From Escherichia coli (GTDB taxonomy: Bacteria > Pseudomonadota > Gammaproteobacteria > Enterobacterales > Enterobacteriaceae): 64,000 nt of DNA. Positions 36,554-46,296 of the stretch are shown one piece after another; positions within the stretch are counted from its first letter, which is position 1; every line of letters begins with the position of its first letter. The stretch lies in assembly GCF_003334305.1 (NCBI RefSeq), contig NZ_QOWS01000023.1. One strand, 5' to 3'. Both the position numbers and the translations under genes were made by a program. The notes under the pieces were generated by a model. That model searched no databases. It was given only the letters and a program-made list of their open reading frames with translations, and was not told the origin of the DNA.

Positions 36554-38716
36554 TTACACCGACTCCAGCCGGGCGTATGCCGCCACCAGCCATTTAATAC
36601 CCTGGCCCTGGAATGCCACCTGCAAACGGCTATGCTCGCCGCTGCCTTCCATATTGACGATGGTGCCTTCACCAAACTTAGCGTGGCGTACACGCTGACC
36701 GAGCTTGTAGCCGCTGTCGTTCTCGACCATCGGCGTCCCCATCCGTTGATGGCTGACCGGACGACTTACCGTAGCGCGCAGGCGCACCTCTTCCACACAC
36801 TCTTCCGGCAGCTCGCCGATAAAGCGCGACGGGCGATGGTAAACCTCTTTACCATACAGACGGCGGGTTTCCGCGTAGGTCAGCGTCAGTTTCTGCATCG
36901 CGCGGGTTACACCAACGTAGGCCAGACGGCGTTCTTCTTCCAGACGCCCGCCTTCATCCAGCGACATCTGGCTTGGGAACATACCCTCTTCCATACCGAC
37001 AATAAACACCTGCGGGAACTCCAGGCCTTTCGCCGAGTGCAGCGTCATCAACTGCACTGCATCCTGCCAGGTATCCGCCTGCCCCTCGCCCGCTTCCAGC
37101 GCCGCATGGGAGAGGAATGCCTGCAGCGGCATTAAATCTTCATCTTCTTCGTTGTAGCTGAACTGGCGCGTTGCCGTCACCAGTTCCTCTAAGTTTTCGA
37201 TACGCGTCTGGCCTTTTTCGCCCTTCTCCTGCTCGTACATGGTGCGCAGGCCGGAGTCTTTAATTACCCGGTCAGTCTGTACATGCAGCGGCATATCGGC
37301 AGTTTCTTGCGCTAAGGCATCGATTAATTCCATAAATCGCTGCAAGGCGCTGGCAGCTCGCCCGGCGAGGGCTTTTTCCTGCAACAGTTCACGACATGCC
37401 TGCCAGAGTGTTAACTGGCGATCGCGCGATGTCTGACGTACCACGTCCAGCGTCCGGTCACCAATACCCCGCGTTGGCGTATTCACCACACGCTCAAAGG
37501 CCGCGTCGTCGTTACGGTTGGCAATCAGGCGCAGATACGAGAGCGCATCTTTGATTTCCTGGCGTTCGAAGAAGCGCATCCCGCCGTAAATACGGTACGG
37601 CATACTCGCCTGCAACAGTGCTTCTTCCAGCACACGCGACTGGGCGTTACTGCGGTAGAGAATGGCGCACTCGGCAAGCGCCCCGCCGTTGTCCTGCCAG
37701 GTTTTGATGCGGTTAACCACAAAACGCGCTTCATCGAGTTCGTTAAAAGCGCAATAGAGGGAAATAGGCTCACCGTCCGCGCCATCGGTCCACAGTTTTT
37801 TACCCAAACGCCCGTTGTTGTTTTCAATCAGGGCGTTCGCGGCGCTCAGAATATTGCTGGTAGAGCGGTAGTTCTGCTCCAGACGGATAGTTTCAGCACC
37901 GGGGAAATCATTGAGGAAACGCTGAATATTCTCCACCTGCGCTCCACGCCAGCCGTAGATTGACTGATCGTCATCGCCAACGATCATCACTTTGCCGGTA
38001 TCGCCCGCCAGCAGGCGGATCCACGCATACTGAATGTTGTTGGTATCCTGGAATTCGTCCACCAGGATATTGGTAAACCGTTCGCGATAGTGCTGAAGGA
38101 TATGCGGCTTGTTAAGCCACAACTCGTGAGCACGTAGCAGCAGCTCGGCGAAGTCCACCAGGCCCGCGCGGTCACACGCTTCCTGATACGCCTGATACAC
38201 CTTCTGCCAGGTCTGCTCCACCGGATTACCGTAGCTTTGAATATGATGCGGACGCAGGCCTTCATCTTTCTGGCTGTTGATGTACCACATTGCCTGGCGC
38301 GGCGGCCACTGCTTCTCGTCGAGGTTCATGGCTTTGATCAGACGCTTAAGCAGGCGCAGCTGGTCCTCGCTATCGAGGATCTGGAAATCCTGCGGCAGAT
38401 TGGCGTCCATATGGTGCGCACGCAGCAAACGGTGCGCCAGCCCGTGGAAGGTGCCGACCCACATGCCGCCCTGGCTGGTGCCCATCAGTTGCCCGATACG
38501 ATGACGCATTTCCGCCGCCGCTTTGTTGGTAAACGTCACCGCCATAATCGAGTATGGCGAGCAGTTTTCCACGCTCATCAACCAGGCGATACGATGCACC
38601 AGTACGCGCGTCTTACCACTGCCCGCGCCCGCCAGCACCAGAAGGTTGCTGCGTGGCGCGGCCACCGCTTCGCGCTGTTTGTCATTAAGGCTGTCGAGCA
38701 GGTAAGAAACGTCCAT
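36554..38716 (-). CDS. uvrD: DNA helicase II UvrD, 720 aa
   Basis: ORF track 36554-38905; start at internal ATG 38716 (MDVSYLLDSLNDKQREAV...), consistent with the LexA box just upstream. Confidence 0.95.
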   Translation of the reverse strand: MDVSYLLDSLNDKQREAVAAPRSNLLVLAGAGSGKTRVLVHRIAWLMSVENCSPYSIMAVTFTNKAAAEMRHRIGQLMGTSQGGMWVGTFHGLAHRLLRAHHMDANLPQDFQILDSEDQLRLLKRLIKAMNLDEKQWPPRQAMWYINSQKDEGLRPHHIQSYGNPVEQTWQKVYQAYQEACDRAGLVDFAELLLRAHELWLNKPHILQHYRERFTNILVDEFQDTNNIQYAWIRLLAGDTGKVMIVGDDDQSIYGWRGAQVENIQRFLNDFPGAETIRLEQNYRSTSNILSAANALIENNNGRLGKKLWTDGADGEPISLYCAFNELDEARFVVNRIKTWQDNGGALAECAILYRSNAQSRVLEEALLQASMPYRIYGGMRFFERQEIKDALSYLRLIANRNDDAAFERVVNTPTRGIGDRTLDVVRQTSRDRQLTLWQACRELLQEKALAGRAASALQRFMELIDALAQETADMPLHVQTDRVIKDSGLRTMYEQEKGEKGQTRIENLEELVTATRQFSYNEEDEDLMPLQAFLSHAALEAGEGQADTWQDAVQLMTLHSAKGLEFPQVFIVGMEEGMFPSQMSLDEGGRLEEERRLAYVGVTRAMQKLTLTYAETRRLYGKEVYHRPSRFIGELPEECVEEVRLRATVSRPVSHQRMGTPMVENDSGYKLGQRVRHAKFGEGTIVNMEGSGEHSRLQVAFQGQGIKWLVAAYARLESV

Positions 38717-38774
38717 TGGCACCGCCGCGTAAAAATAGGTTGGGCGGAGAAGCGCAACGCCCTCCGCCAAAAAG

Positions 38775-38790
38775 CTGGGTATATATACAG
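38775..38790. promoter_or_regulatory. LexA (SOS) box of the uvrD promoter
   Basis: Minus strand reads CTGTATATATACCCAG, a CTGT-N8-(A)CAG match, ~60 bp upstream of the uvrD ATG. Confidence 0.8.
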
Positions 38791-38799
38791 ATTTGCTGA

Positions 38800-39516
38800 T
38801 TATATCAGCGAGGTCAGAGATGCCAACCGGGAAATTTCCAGATGCGGCAGTAAACGGCTGTCCCAGGTTTGCATCAGATCGCCATTTTCCGGTCTGATCC
38901 AACAAGCCTGCATTCCGCTGCGAATTGCCCCACCCACGTCAGTGGTGAGATCGTCCCCAACATGTAAGATCTCGCCGATCGGCACGTTGAGTTTTTCCGC
39001 AGCCAGAAAGTACATATCGCTGAACGGTTTTGAGCGCCCGTGCGGGCCAGCGCGCAGCACAAACTCAAAATAATCCCCCAAACCAAACAGTTCCGGCTGG
39101 GCGTTACCGTTGGTGATCGCCACCAGCGGCCATTTCTTCGCCAGCTGTTTTAAGGTGTCGTGAGTTTGCTGCGGGACGTCGATTCGGCTGCGCCATTTGG
39201 CAAAGTTAATCATTGCTGCGTGTGCGCCTGCACTGGCTTCTTCGGCACTCAGCCCGGCGTCGAGCATCGCTTGTTCAATCGAACGAAAACGCCAACGCGT
39301 CACGTCGTGATAAATCTCGGGTTCCGCTTCCCGTACCGCCTGGCGCAGGCGTTGCAGATCTTCATTCTGGAAGCTGCGCAGCGCCGGATGATAATTTTGC
39401 ACAAAGGTAAGCGCCTCTCGCTCGGTGCGCAAAATCACCGGACGGTTATCGTAAAGGGTATCATCCAGGTCAAAGGTGAGCGCCGAGATGCGCCCCAAAG
39501 GCCGGTAAAAACGCAT
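38800..39516 (-). CDS. yigB: HAD-family phosphatase YigB, 238 aa
   Basis: Full-length ORF; HAD motif [10 protein letters not shown]. Confidence 0.9.
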
Positions 39517-40412
39517 TATTTCCCCCGTTTGGCGCGTGGATGCGCCGCATCGTACACCGAGGCAAGGTGTTGAAAATCAAGATGAGTATAGATTTGCGTG
39601 GTGGAGAGGTTGGCATGACCCAGCAGCTCCTGCACACCACGAAGATCGCCGCTCGACTCCAGCATATGCGTAGCGAACGAGTGACGTAATTTATGTGGGT
39701 GAACGTGATTATTCAGCCCTTGTTTTATGCCCCATTCGGCAAAGCGTTTCTGCACATTACGCGCGGAGATACGCTTGCCCAGTTTCGACAGAAAAAGCGC
39801 GTCGTCTTCGCTACCAAACAGGTCGCGCAAATCAAGCCAGTGCTCAATCCACGCCACAGCGTTGCGACCAATCGGCAGGCGGCGCTCTTTGCTGCCTTTC
39901 CCCATTACCCACACTTCACCAGACTCCAGGTCGAGGTGTTTGATATCCAGCCCCACCAGCTCGGAAAGACGCAGACCCGCGCCGTACATCACTTCCAGCA
40001 TTGCACGGTCGCGTACAGCGAGGGGATCGTTGATATCAATATCCAGCAGCCGATTCATATCGTCGACGTCGATGTTTTTCGGCAGATGACGCGGCGCTTT
40101 CGGTGCCGAAACTCCTTTCGCCGGGTTAGCTTTGAGTTCGTTCTGGCTGACCAGCCAGTCAAAAAAGCTACGTAGCGCAGAAAGCCGTAACGCGAGGCTT
40201 GCTGCTCCCAGCCCTTTACGGCGACTGCGTACAGCAAAATTGCGCACCATCGTCACATCACATTGCTGCCAGCTTTGCAGGCCGTTTTCGCTGGCAAAAT
40301 TGATGATCGCCTCAAGCTGACGCTGGTAGTTAAGCAGGGTTATCGGGCTAAGCTGGCGCTCCACGCTCAGATAACGTAGGTAGCGTTCTACATCGGTGTG
40401 TAAATCGGTCAT
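39516..40412 (-). CDS. xerC: Tyrosine site-specific recombinase XerC, 298 aa
   Basis: Full-length tyrosine-recombinase ORF with the catalytic RHSFATHML...Y region. Confidence 0.95.
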
Positions 40413-41116
40413 ACGCGTTCAATCCAACGCTCCAGAAGCTCCGGCAACATCAGCGCAATTTCATGAAGTAACTGCGTTCCTTGCCCTTGTTGATAGTGAC
40501 TGGCATCGCGACTGGTAAACAGCACGACACCCAAATCAGCATCGCTTCCCAGCATCGACATCGCCACCGATCCCACCGCTTTCGCTTCCGGTAGCACCAC
40601 CAGCAGCTCTGGTCCGTTAAGCGGCCCAAGATAGTGCTGTTCCTGCCCCAAACGCTGAATACGCAGCGGTTCGAAAGACTGACGGCTTAATGCCAGATGA
40701 GTGTGGTTCGACGGCGCACCTAAGCGCCAGCGATCCGGAAACAGGCGCAGACTCGCACCTGCCAGGCCGAGATCGCGCGCCCAGCGGTGAAAGCGCATCA
40801 GCATATCGTCGAGACTGCTGGCGGCGGTGAGACTGCGCTGCAGGTAGAGTAGGCGATAAAACAGGCCTTCGTTGGCGATAGCCTGTTCCATCAACAGCGC
40901 CATGTTCTCTTCCAGAACATGAATATGATTACGTGCGCGGGCCATGTGCCACTCGACCAACGAAACGGTGCCGCGTACCGGATGCGGCACACGTATCGCT
41001 TCTACTGCGCGCGCATTACGGATAAAAAACTCAGGATTTTTAATCAGATAATCGACAACCGCCCGGTCATCAAGCTCCGTGAGTGTTTCCTGCAGTTCTT
41101 CCCCTGGTTGCTTCAT
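40409..41116 (-). CDS. yigA: DUF484-family protein YigA, 235 aa
   Basis: Conserved member of the dapF-yigA-xerC-yigB operon; 4-bp overlaps on both sides. Confidence 0.88.
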
Positions 41117-41937
41117 AGATGAATAAATCCGTCGTAGACATGTACCGCCGGGCCAGTCATATATAACGGGTGACCCGGACCTTTCCAGGCGATATCAAGA
41201 CGACCGCCGGGGAGTTCCACGCGTACTTCTTCGGCCAGCAAACCTTGCTGAATCCCTACTGCGACCGCCGCACACGCGCCGCTGCCGCAGGCCTGGGTTT
41301 CTCCTGCCCCACGCTCATAAACGCGTAAACGAATATGCTCGCGCTTAACCACTTGCATAAAACCGATATTGGCGCGCTCCGGAAAACGCTCGTGGCTTTC
41401 CAGAACAGGACCAAGCGTTTCTACCGCCGCGGTATCGACATCATCGACCTGAATCACGCAATGCGGATTTCCCATCGACACCACGCCGCATAAGATTGTC
41501 TGCTCGGCGGCGCGCATAATATAGGTCTTTTCCGCTTTGTTAGCGCGAAACGGCACGGCGGAAGGTTCGAAGTTGGGTTCGCCCATATTTACGCGGACCA
41601 GATCATCATCGGTGACGGTCAGAACCATCCGCCCGTTGGCGGTGCTGACGCGGATATCACGCTTATTGGTCAGTCCTTTCAGACGCACAAAACGGGCAAA
41701 GCAGCGCGCACCGTTGCCGCACTGCGCCACTTCACTGCCATCAGCATTGAAAATGCGATAGTGAAAATCCAGTTCAGGATCATACGGCGGCTCAACCACC
41801 AGCAGTTGGTCAAACCCTACCCCCAGGTGCCGATCCGCCAGGCGACGAATCAGCTCCGGTGAAAAAAAGACATTCTGCGTTACCGCGTCGACGACCATAA
41901 AATCGTTGCCAAGGCCATGCATTTTCGAGAACTGCAT
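41113..41937 (-). CDS. dapF: Diaminopimelate epimerase, 274 aa
   Basis: ORF track 41113-41940; start at the second ATG ([13 protein letters not shown]...). Confidence 0.95.
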
Positions 41938-41973
41938 CATTTACTCCAATCACGCGGGTACAGAAACTGACTT

Positions 41974-42177
41974 TTAGTAATTCACCTGGGATGGACCATC
42001 GCCAGTGGCGCGATCGTTTTTATCCGGCACCGTGGATTGCGTTTGCGTCTCTACCGGTTTGGTCGGCGGCGGTGCCTTTTTATCTGCAGGCGGGAAATAG
42101 AGCGGACCTTTCAGACCGCAGCCCGTCAGGCTGAAGAGAGTAATTAATACAGTGAGTGCCTTAAACACGTTTTTCAT
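41974..42177 (-). CDS. lptM: Small lipoprotein LptM (YifL), 67 aa
   Basis: MKNVFKALTVLITLFSLTGCGLKGPLY... lipobox LTGC; 36 bp upstream of dapF. Confidence 0.88.
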   Translation of the reverse strand: MKNVFKALTVLITLFSLTGCGLKGPLYFPPADKKAPPPTKPVETQTQSTVPDKNDRATGDGPSQVNY

Positions 42178-42257
42178 TATGGATTGCCTGTAAAGTTCAT
42201 CGCTTTCTGCTTTCTATCATCGCAGGAGAAGGCGTAAAAGCAAGCGTTTAGCGACTC

Positions 42258-42427
42258 TTTATGAAGTCTGAAAAGTGAGGAAATGCTGCGAGTATAACGC
42301 TTACTCGTGGGGATTTATGTTTTGCTGGTAGTTTCGTGATCGGCACCTCGCGCCAGGATGGCTCTATGCACTATCGCAATGTAGTTTGTTTGTTGGCTTG
42401 TTCGTTGTTCTTATCGTCGGCATGGAG
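42258..42427 (+). repeat. Copy A of a ~170-bp duplicated 5' module (leader plus signal-peptide stub MHYRNVVCLLACSLFLSSAWSF*)
   Basis: ~88% identical to 43340-43510; in this copy the signal-peptide reading frame stops after 22 codons. Confidence 0.75.
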
Positions 42428-42526
42428 CTTTTAAAAGAGTGGCGCACCATGCAATTTTGTTGTCTGACCTTAGTCGCCAGTGACATACAACTTTGCCAAC
42501 CTGGTGATAAGAGGGAATAAAATCTG

Positions 42527-43081
42527 ATGGGGCTATTTACCCAACTGGAAAAATTTGACCAAAAGCTTACGCGCGGTTATGCCCGGTGGGGGCGCTGGGT
42601 ATGGCGGACGTTAATTGTCGTTCCGGTACTGGTCGTGTTGTGGAATATAGGACAGGCAGTATGGGGAGGACCAAGAGGTGGAGTGATTCTGGAAATCCAC
42701 AGTGAAATTGACCGTCCGATACTGGGATTCAGTGTTAACGGCGTGGCGGGCGCGAATGCTTTTGCAAATGGTGGCGGTTCAATCACCTGTTGTGGTGATG
42801 TCAGTGGGGATACGGCAGAGGTTATCTGGACATTAGATATGACTCACGAGCAATATCTTAAAGGGATGCGTCTGGAGAAACGTAACAAGACTTTGCCTCT
42901 CCCAAAAAGAGAATGGGGAGAAAATTATCTGCATGTGCATTTTATGCCTGGCGATAAAGTGCTGCTGGGGTGGAGTAAAGATTCTTTTTCTCCGTATGAA
43001 GATCTTCACAACGGGGGGTACAAGACCCGCGTTCGGCAGGATGTGAAAGATAAACTTTATGGTACAGGGAAAATGAATTGA
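42527..43081 (+). CDS. Hypothetical membrane-anchored protein (184 aa; N-in single TM, predicted periplasmic domain)
   Basis: ATG-initiated ORF with a good SD (AAGAGGG); TM segment WVWRTLIVVPVLVVLWNIGQAVW; lies in DNA I believe is absent from K-12. Confidence 0.6.
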   Translation: MGLFTQLEKFDQKLTRGYARWGRWVWRTLIVVPVLVVLWNIGQAVWGGPRGGVILEIHSEIDRPILGFSVNGVAGANAFANGGGSITCCGDVSGDTAEVIWTLDMTHEQYLKGMRLEKRNKTLPLPKREWGENYLHVHFMPGDKVLLGWSKDSFSPYEDLHNGGYKTRVRQDVKDKLYGTGKMN

Positions 43082-43339
43082 TAGATTTCTATAAAAATCA
43101 CGTTCGGCAGAAAGCGTAATAATGTGGCGAATGTTAGATACCGGTGGTGGGACCTGAATACAACACGCGAAAGACAATAAAGTAGGTAACGGTGGGCAGA
43201 GTCGCATGTTGAAACCCTTCCCGGCGTCAATCCGGCACATTTTAACGTGATCAGTCACACCATGGCGCAGTACCTCGTATTTATATCGTGAATGAAAACC
43301 TCAAGTTTACACCAGCAACTATCAGAAAATAGCGATGAC

Positions 43340-43510
43340 CTTTATGGATTCTGAAAAGTGACGATTTGCTGCGAAAGTTACGCTTACGTGCGGAGATTTA
43401 TGTTCTGCTGGTAGTTTCGTGATCGGCACCTCGCGCCAGGATGGCTTTATGCACTATCGCAATGTGGTTTGTTTGTTGGCTTGTTCATTGTTCTTATCGT
43501 CGGCATGGGG
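43340..43510 (+). repeat. Copy B of the duplicated 5' module, forming the leader and signal peptide of the first DKNYY-like gene
   Basis: Aligns with 42258-42427; here the frame continues into a 492-aa ORF. Confidence 0.75.
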
Positions 43511-44927
43511 ATGTCGGCTTGATGCGCCTGAACATAATATTTACCAGAAACAGGGAAAAGGCGTGGTGTACCTGCGCCCTTATAAAGAAACAAATCTTTC
43601 TCTTCCTGACGTGAATTACAAAAGTTTGCGCCGTTTACCCAATTTATTAATAGACCCGACAACACTAGACAAATGGGATAAAGTACCTCCTCTGACTGAT
43701 CTGACAACCGACTACCTCTATGAAGGCGCACAGGCCTGGTATCCTCATTACTCCTGGCATAGCGATGGTCGCTATATCCTCTACGCGGGTGAAGTTGTGC
43801 AAAACCCGCCAGACAAACCTCCCGTCGATGTCGCCTCGTTCAAGGCGTGGGGTGATTTTGCCGCAGATAAACACAGTCTCTATTTCGAAGGCAAGCGCAC
43901 CGATAACAATGGCGGGGGAAATCGCTTAGATATCAAAACACTGCATCAGGTGGAATTCCGGCCTCCCTGGGATCCTGACTTACTGGGGCTGATATTACGT
44001 GACGCTAATTTCTTGTATATCAATGGGCATCGCCTCGCAGATCCCGATAGTTTCCGTGTGCTGGCACAAAAGTCATGGGATCAGCGAGGAAAGTTTTCTA
44101 CCGCGTTTAATCCCTGTGTGGCTATGCCATTTGGCCCCTGGGATACCCTGGCTCGTACACGGACCAAAATCCTGATCAACGGCGAACAGCTTGATGCCGA
44201 CCCGGACACCTTTTCCGTCGTGCGCTGGATGCCCGGCTCACTCTTGACCTGGCGTGATAAAAACGGGCTGCAGCGTAAAGTCCTCGACAAGGAAAATCTG
44301 GAGTGGGATGAAGATTTAACAAAGCACTGTCTGGATTTTTCTCTGCTGGAAAAGAAAGTGTTCTGGCGTAAAGGACCTGCTTGTAAACAGGAAGAATTAC
44401 CCGGACTCGATCCGGAGCAGTTTCAACCCATCAGTGATGCTGTCGCCCAGTATCAGGACTCGCTTTATACCATCATCGAAACAGAGTCTGGTGACCGCAA
44501 GCTGGAAATCGTGAAACTTGATGATCCCAATCTTATTATCAACAAACGTTTCAACGCCGGGAAACGCCACGGCTATTTACTTACGCGTGCCGAAGGGTGG
44601 CCATACCATTCCGGTTTACATGTGTTTGAATCTGACGGACCGCTGATCTTACTGGATAACCGTTCTCCGGATGAACGCGAAGCCCATCTTAATGACCATC
44701 CCTTTTTGCGCAGATGGTATGCCCGCGATAACCGCTACATTTACAGCTTTGATGGCGCGCAGCTCTGGCGATACCGCACCGCTGATCCGAAACAAGTTCG
44801 CTTAATCTGGAAGGAACAACATTCGGGATATGGCTATGGCGTAAATTACAAAACGGGATATCTGGACGGAAAAATTACTGATGACGGCGAATTTATTCCT
44901 GCCCCGCGCAATGAGGCGACAAAATGA
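43449..44927 (+). CDS. Exported repeat protein, DKNYY-like (492 aa from ATG 43449), N-terminal signal peptide or lipoprotein signal
   Basis: ORF track 43419-44927; MHYRNVVCLLACSLFLSSAWGC signal sequence; recurring Y-x-x-G...[AP]-D-P-x-[ST]-F repeat units (e.g. FLYINGHRLADPDSF, ILINGEQLDADPDTF). Confidence 0.75.
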   Translation: MHYRNVVCLLACSLFLSSAWGCRLDAPEHNIYQKQGKGVVYLRPYKETNLSLPDVNYKSLRRLPNLLIDPTTLDKWDKVPPLTDLTTDYLYEGAQAWYPHYSWHSDGRYILYAGEVVQNPPDKPPVDVASFKAWGDFAADKHSLYFEGKRTDNNGGGNRLDIKTLHQVEFRPPWDPDLLGLILRDANFLYINGHRLADPDSFRVLAQKSWDQRGKFSTAFNPCVAMPFGPWDTLARTRTKILINGEQLDADPDTFSVVRWMPGSLLTWRDKNGLQRKVLDKENLEWDEDLTKHCLDFSLLEKKVFWRKGPACKQEELPGLDPEQFQPISDAVAQYQDSLYTIIETESGDRKLEIVKLDDPNLIINKRFNAGKRHGYLLTRAEGWPYHSGLHVFESDGPLILLDNRSPDEREAHLNDHPFLRRWYARDNRYIYSFDGAQLWRYRTADPKQVRLIWKEQHSGYGYGVNYKTGYLDGKITDDGEFIPAPRNEATK

Positions 44928-46249
44928 AGGGTCAAATAATCACAGTTGCACTCATCCTGTTGGGACACACATTTCTGACGCCTGCTGTACAGGCCATAGG
45001 GTTCGACTATTACAATGATCACGGTGTTATGTCTTACGGTAAAGGTTATTGGGGGGATAAGAAAATCATTGCCCAATTTCCGAAGATGAACAGAGCCGAT
45101 TTGCGCCTTGTGACAAATATATCCGGGGAGCGGGAGTTGGTGGAAGGCTATATACCCACCGATGAAATAAGCATAAAAAATGAGGAATACCACTGGGTGA
45201 CAGACGGCCGCGTTATTCTCTGGCGTGGCAAAATCGTTAGCAATCCACCGGGAACACCCACTGTCGATATTGCCAGCTTTCAGGCTATGGGCCGCTTCGC
45301 GGTCGATAAATATAGCCTCTATTTTGACGGACAGCGCACCGAAAGTAATAGCGGCGCGTCACGTGTTGATCTGGCGACACTAAAAGCTATCGAAGGTAAC
45401 TCTACCACGCTGGTGGATAGTAAAAATCTCTATTTGTCCGGTCGACGTCAGGGGAGCAGCAGTAATGTTACTGTATTAGAAAAAAGATGGTGGGGTATTA
45501 ATCCACGTCTTATGAGTGTAAACAGAAATTTGTATTCCAATGATCTGCTTATCCGCAGTGGGCAGAATATTTATTTAAATGGCGTTCACCTTACGGCGAA
45601 TGCAGACTCATTTGAGATAATTCGCTGGATACCTCATTCACTGCTGGTTTTTCGCGACAATAAGGGTATGCATCGTTATCCCTTTGGGCAATTGTCTGGC
45701 AAAGCGATACCCGTAGATGATGACGTCTCTTTTGAAGTAGGGGAAAGTCGCGTTCGCTGGCGTAAACAGCTCACGTCCGACCGTCAGTGGAGCAAGTGGA
45801 TAGACCTACCAGATATTGAACCTGAACAATTCCATCTGATTACTGGCAATATTGCGCAATATAAAGATCGGCTGTATGTAACAAAATTATCGACATTTGG
45901 TGAAGACCAGCTTGAGATAATCCCGCTGGATACGCCAGACCTGGTCATTGATCGCTCATTTAATAGCGGCAAACAGCATGCTTATTTTATCCGCCAATTA
46001 CGGTCAAAGAGCGTGCAAATTATTCCAGTTAACGGTCCGCTAACTAAAAACGATCGCTTCGCTTATGACGATCGCAATGTTTATACATGGACCGATACAG
46101 AGGTAAGGATTACGCCCTCCCCCTGCCCGGCGAAAACACACGTCAGAGAAGAGAATGTGCGTGAACTTCACAACAGAGACATTATTATTCCGTTGACGGA
46201 TGACTCATGCCGGAACGCAGCAACAGACGGGCAAACTTTGAAGCCCTGA
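44924..46249 (+). CDS. Exported repeat protein, DKNYY-like paralogue (441 aa), cleavable signal peptide
   Basis: Signal peptide MKGQIITVALILLGHTFLTPAVQA; clearly homologous to the upstream ORF (PPGTPTVDIASFQAMGRFAVDKYSLYFDGQRTESN vs PPDKPPVDVASFKAWGDFAADKHSLYFEGKRTDNN); ATGA overlap; SD GAGG. Confidence 0.75.
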   Translation: MKGQIITVALILLGHTFLTPAVQAIGFDYYNDHGVMSYGKGYWGDKKIIAQFPKMNRADLRLVTNISGERELVEGYIPTDEISIKNEEYHWVTDGRVILWRGKIVSNPPGTPTVDIASFQAMGRFAVDKYSLYFDGQRTESNSGASRVDLATLKAIEGNSTTLVDSKNLYLSGRRQGSSSNVTVLEKRWWGINPRLMSVNRNLYSNDLLIRSGQNIYLNGVHLTANADSFEIIRWIPHSLLVFRDNKGMHRYPFGQLSGKAIPVDDDVSFEVGESRVRWRKQLTSDRQWSKWIDLPDIEPEQFHLITGNIAQYKDRLYVTKLSTFGEDQLEIIPLDTPDLVIDRSFNSGKQHAYFIRQLRSKSVQIIPVNGPLTKNDRFAYDDRNVYTWTDTEVRITPSPCPAKTHVREENVRELHNRDIIIPLTDDSCRNAATDGQTLKP

Positions 46250-46296
46250 CCCCATACCGCTATACTGCCGCCATCACTTAAAGACAGGATACAACA

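Noticed and set aside
38237-39073. 278-aa plus-strand ORF
   Set aside because: Antisense across the uvrD 5' region and yigB; the LexA box and conserved genes on the minus strand explain the locus.
31643-46296. Integrase, transposase or IS elements associated with either accessory segment
   Set aside because: I looked for recombinase-like ORFs and terminal inverted repeats flanking both insertions and found none; xerC at 39516-40412 is the housekeeping recombinase in its normal operon.
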